Assembly (NCBI RefSeq): GCF_036971445.1
Contig: NC_091471.1
Coordinates: forward strand, 248,558,001 to 248,622,000
Direction: 5' to 3'
From: Narcine bancroftii
Lineage: Eukaryota
DNA: 64,000 nt
Below are positions 63,220-64,000 of this stretch, piece by piece. Position 1 is the stretch's first letter. Each line of letters starts with the position of its first letter. The notes under the pieces are model-generated. The model was not told the origin of the DNA, ran no database searches, and saw only the letters and a list, made by a program, of their open reading frames with translations. The position numbers and the translations under genes are program-made.

Positions 63220-63457
63220 AAACTGCAACATGTCGTTGAAAATTAATTTTCTGGATTCGCACTTGGACGTCCTCCCTGCTGATTCTGGTGCGGACAGTGA
63301 CTAACACGGTGAAAGGTTTCACCAGGACATTGCGACCATGGAAAAGCAGTTTCAGGGCCACTGGAATCCATCAATGCCTGCTGACTATTGCTGGACACTG
63401 ATGTGGGAGGCATCAGATGCCGAGTACAAACGCAAATCAGTGGCAAAACATTTTTAG
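63220..63457 (+). pseudogene. Relic of a transposase C-terminus (DNA transposon, superfamily uncertain)
   Basis: Hand translation FLDSHLDVLPADSGADSD*HGERFHQDIATMEKQFQGHWNPSMPADYCWTL..KRKS, with an internal stop. Confidence 0.7.
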
Positions 63458-63820
63458 GTCAGTTGAACTAACGCAACGTGTCAGCATCACCATGCGATTA
63501 AACTTGCTAAATTCTGTCAAAGTTGATTTAACGTTTCTCCAATTTCCTCATAATCCCCAATTTTTTTTCAGGAAGCAAATTGTTATCCAGTGATATTAAT
63601 TATCCAGGTAATCCCATATTTTCTGCTTGGCTTTAAGCCTAGTTCATATTCCAACATCGATGTGGGGTTAGATTTGGCACATATGTATGTAGGTGGACAC
63701 CTGATCCACAGTTACATCTTTCAGAGTACATTTTTGAAAGTTTAAAATAAATTTGTTGGCTTCTTTTCACCCAGTTATGCTCTGTTATGAGATGTGTTTA
63801 GAAGAAGAGATTTCACTTAC

Positions 63821-64000
63821 TGTACACTGTGACCACCATTTTGTCCTCCTGGAAATCGTTTAATGATGGACAGGACACACTGCAGGGCACTGTGAAATCC
63901 CATTTCTGAACATTCTGGAATCGGTCTCTGATCCAGTCACTACCTTGAAGTCGGTTGGGATTTATCCCTGGTTTATATTCCACAGTCATTATTGGGTCTG
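63821..64000 (-). CDS. ICAM/VCAM-like gene, Ig domain 1 exon (5' part lies outside the window)
   Basis: Hand translation DPIMTVEYKPGINPNRLQGSDWIRDRFQNVQKWDFTVPCSVSCPSLNDFQEDKMVVTVY. It has the ICAM D1-type CxxxC motif and a ...TVY end. Phase-1 donor A|GTAAGT at 63820. Not in the ORF track. Confidence 0.85.

Noticed and set aside
21184-64000. Assigning the symbol ICAM1, ICAM5 or VCAM1
   Set aside because: Features are mixed, and orthology needs phylogeny and synteny that cannot be run here.

Overview
This is vertebrate genomic DNA. The repeat content (V-SINE-type tRNA SINEs, CR1, Penelope, A-rich L1 families, RTE) suggests a cartilaginous fish; that is an inference, not a database result. One host gene is recognisable: a minus-strand type-I membrane immunoglobulin-superfamily adhesion molecule of the ICAM/VCAM family. 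I rebuilt it by hand from seven GT-AG exons with all introns in phase 1: 64000+..63821, 57845..57531, 40970..40680, 34882..34601, 28820..28575, 26497..26216 and 21434..21184. The visible part is about 614 aa: six Ig domains, a transmembrane helix and a cytoplasmic tail. The signal-peptide exon lies beyond the window. The sequence suggests two extra 3' isoforms, a secreted form made by intronic polyadenylation after Ig6 and an alternative tail exon at 17292..17197. Most of the rest is transposon-derived: a 13.7-kb L1-in-L1 nest containing an RTE, a further 3'-truncated L1, solo LTRs, hAT, Harbinger-like and Tc1/mariner MITEs, SINEs, two minisatellites and many short local duplications. No rRNA, true tRNA or CRISPR features were found. 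Repeat boundaries without target-site duplications (TSDs) are approximate.
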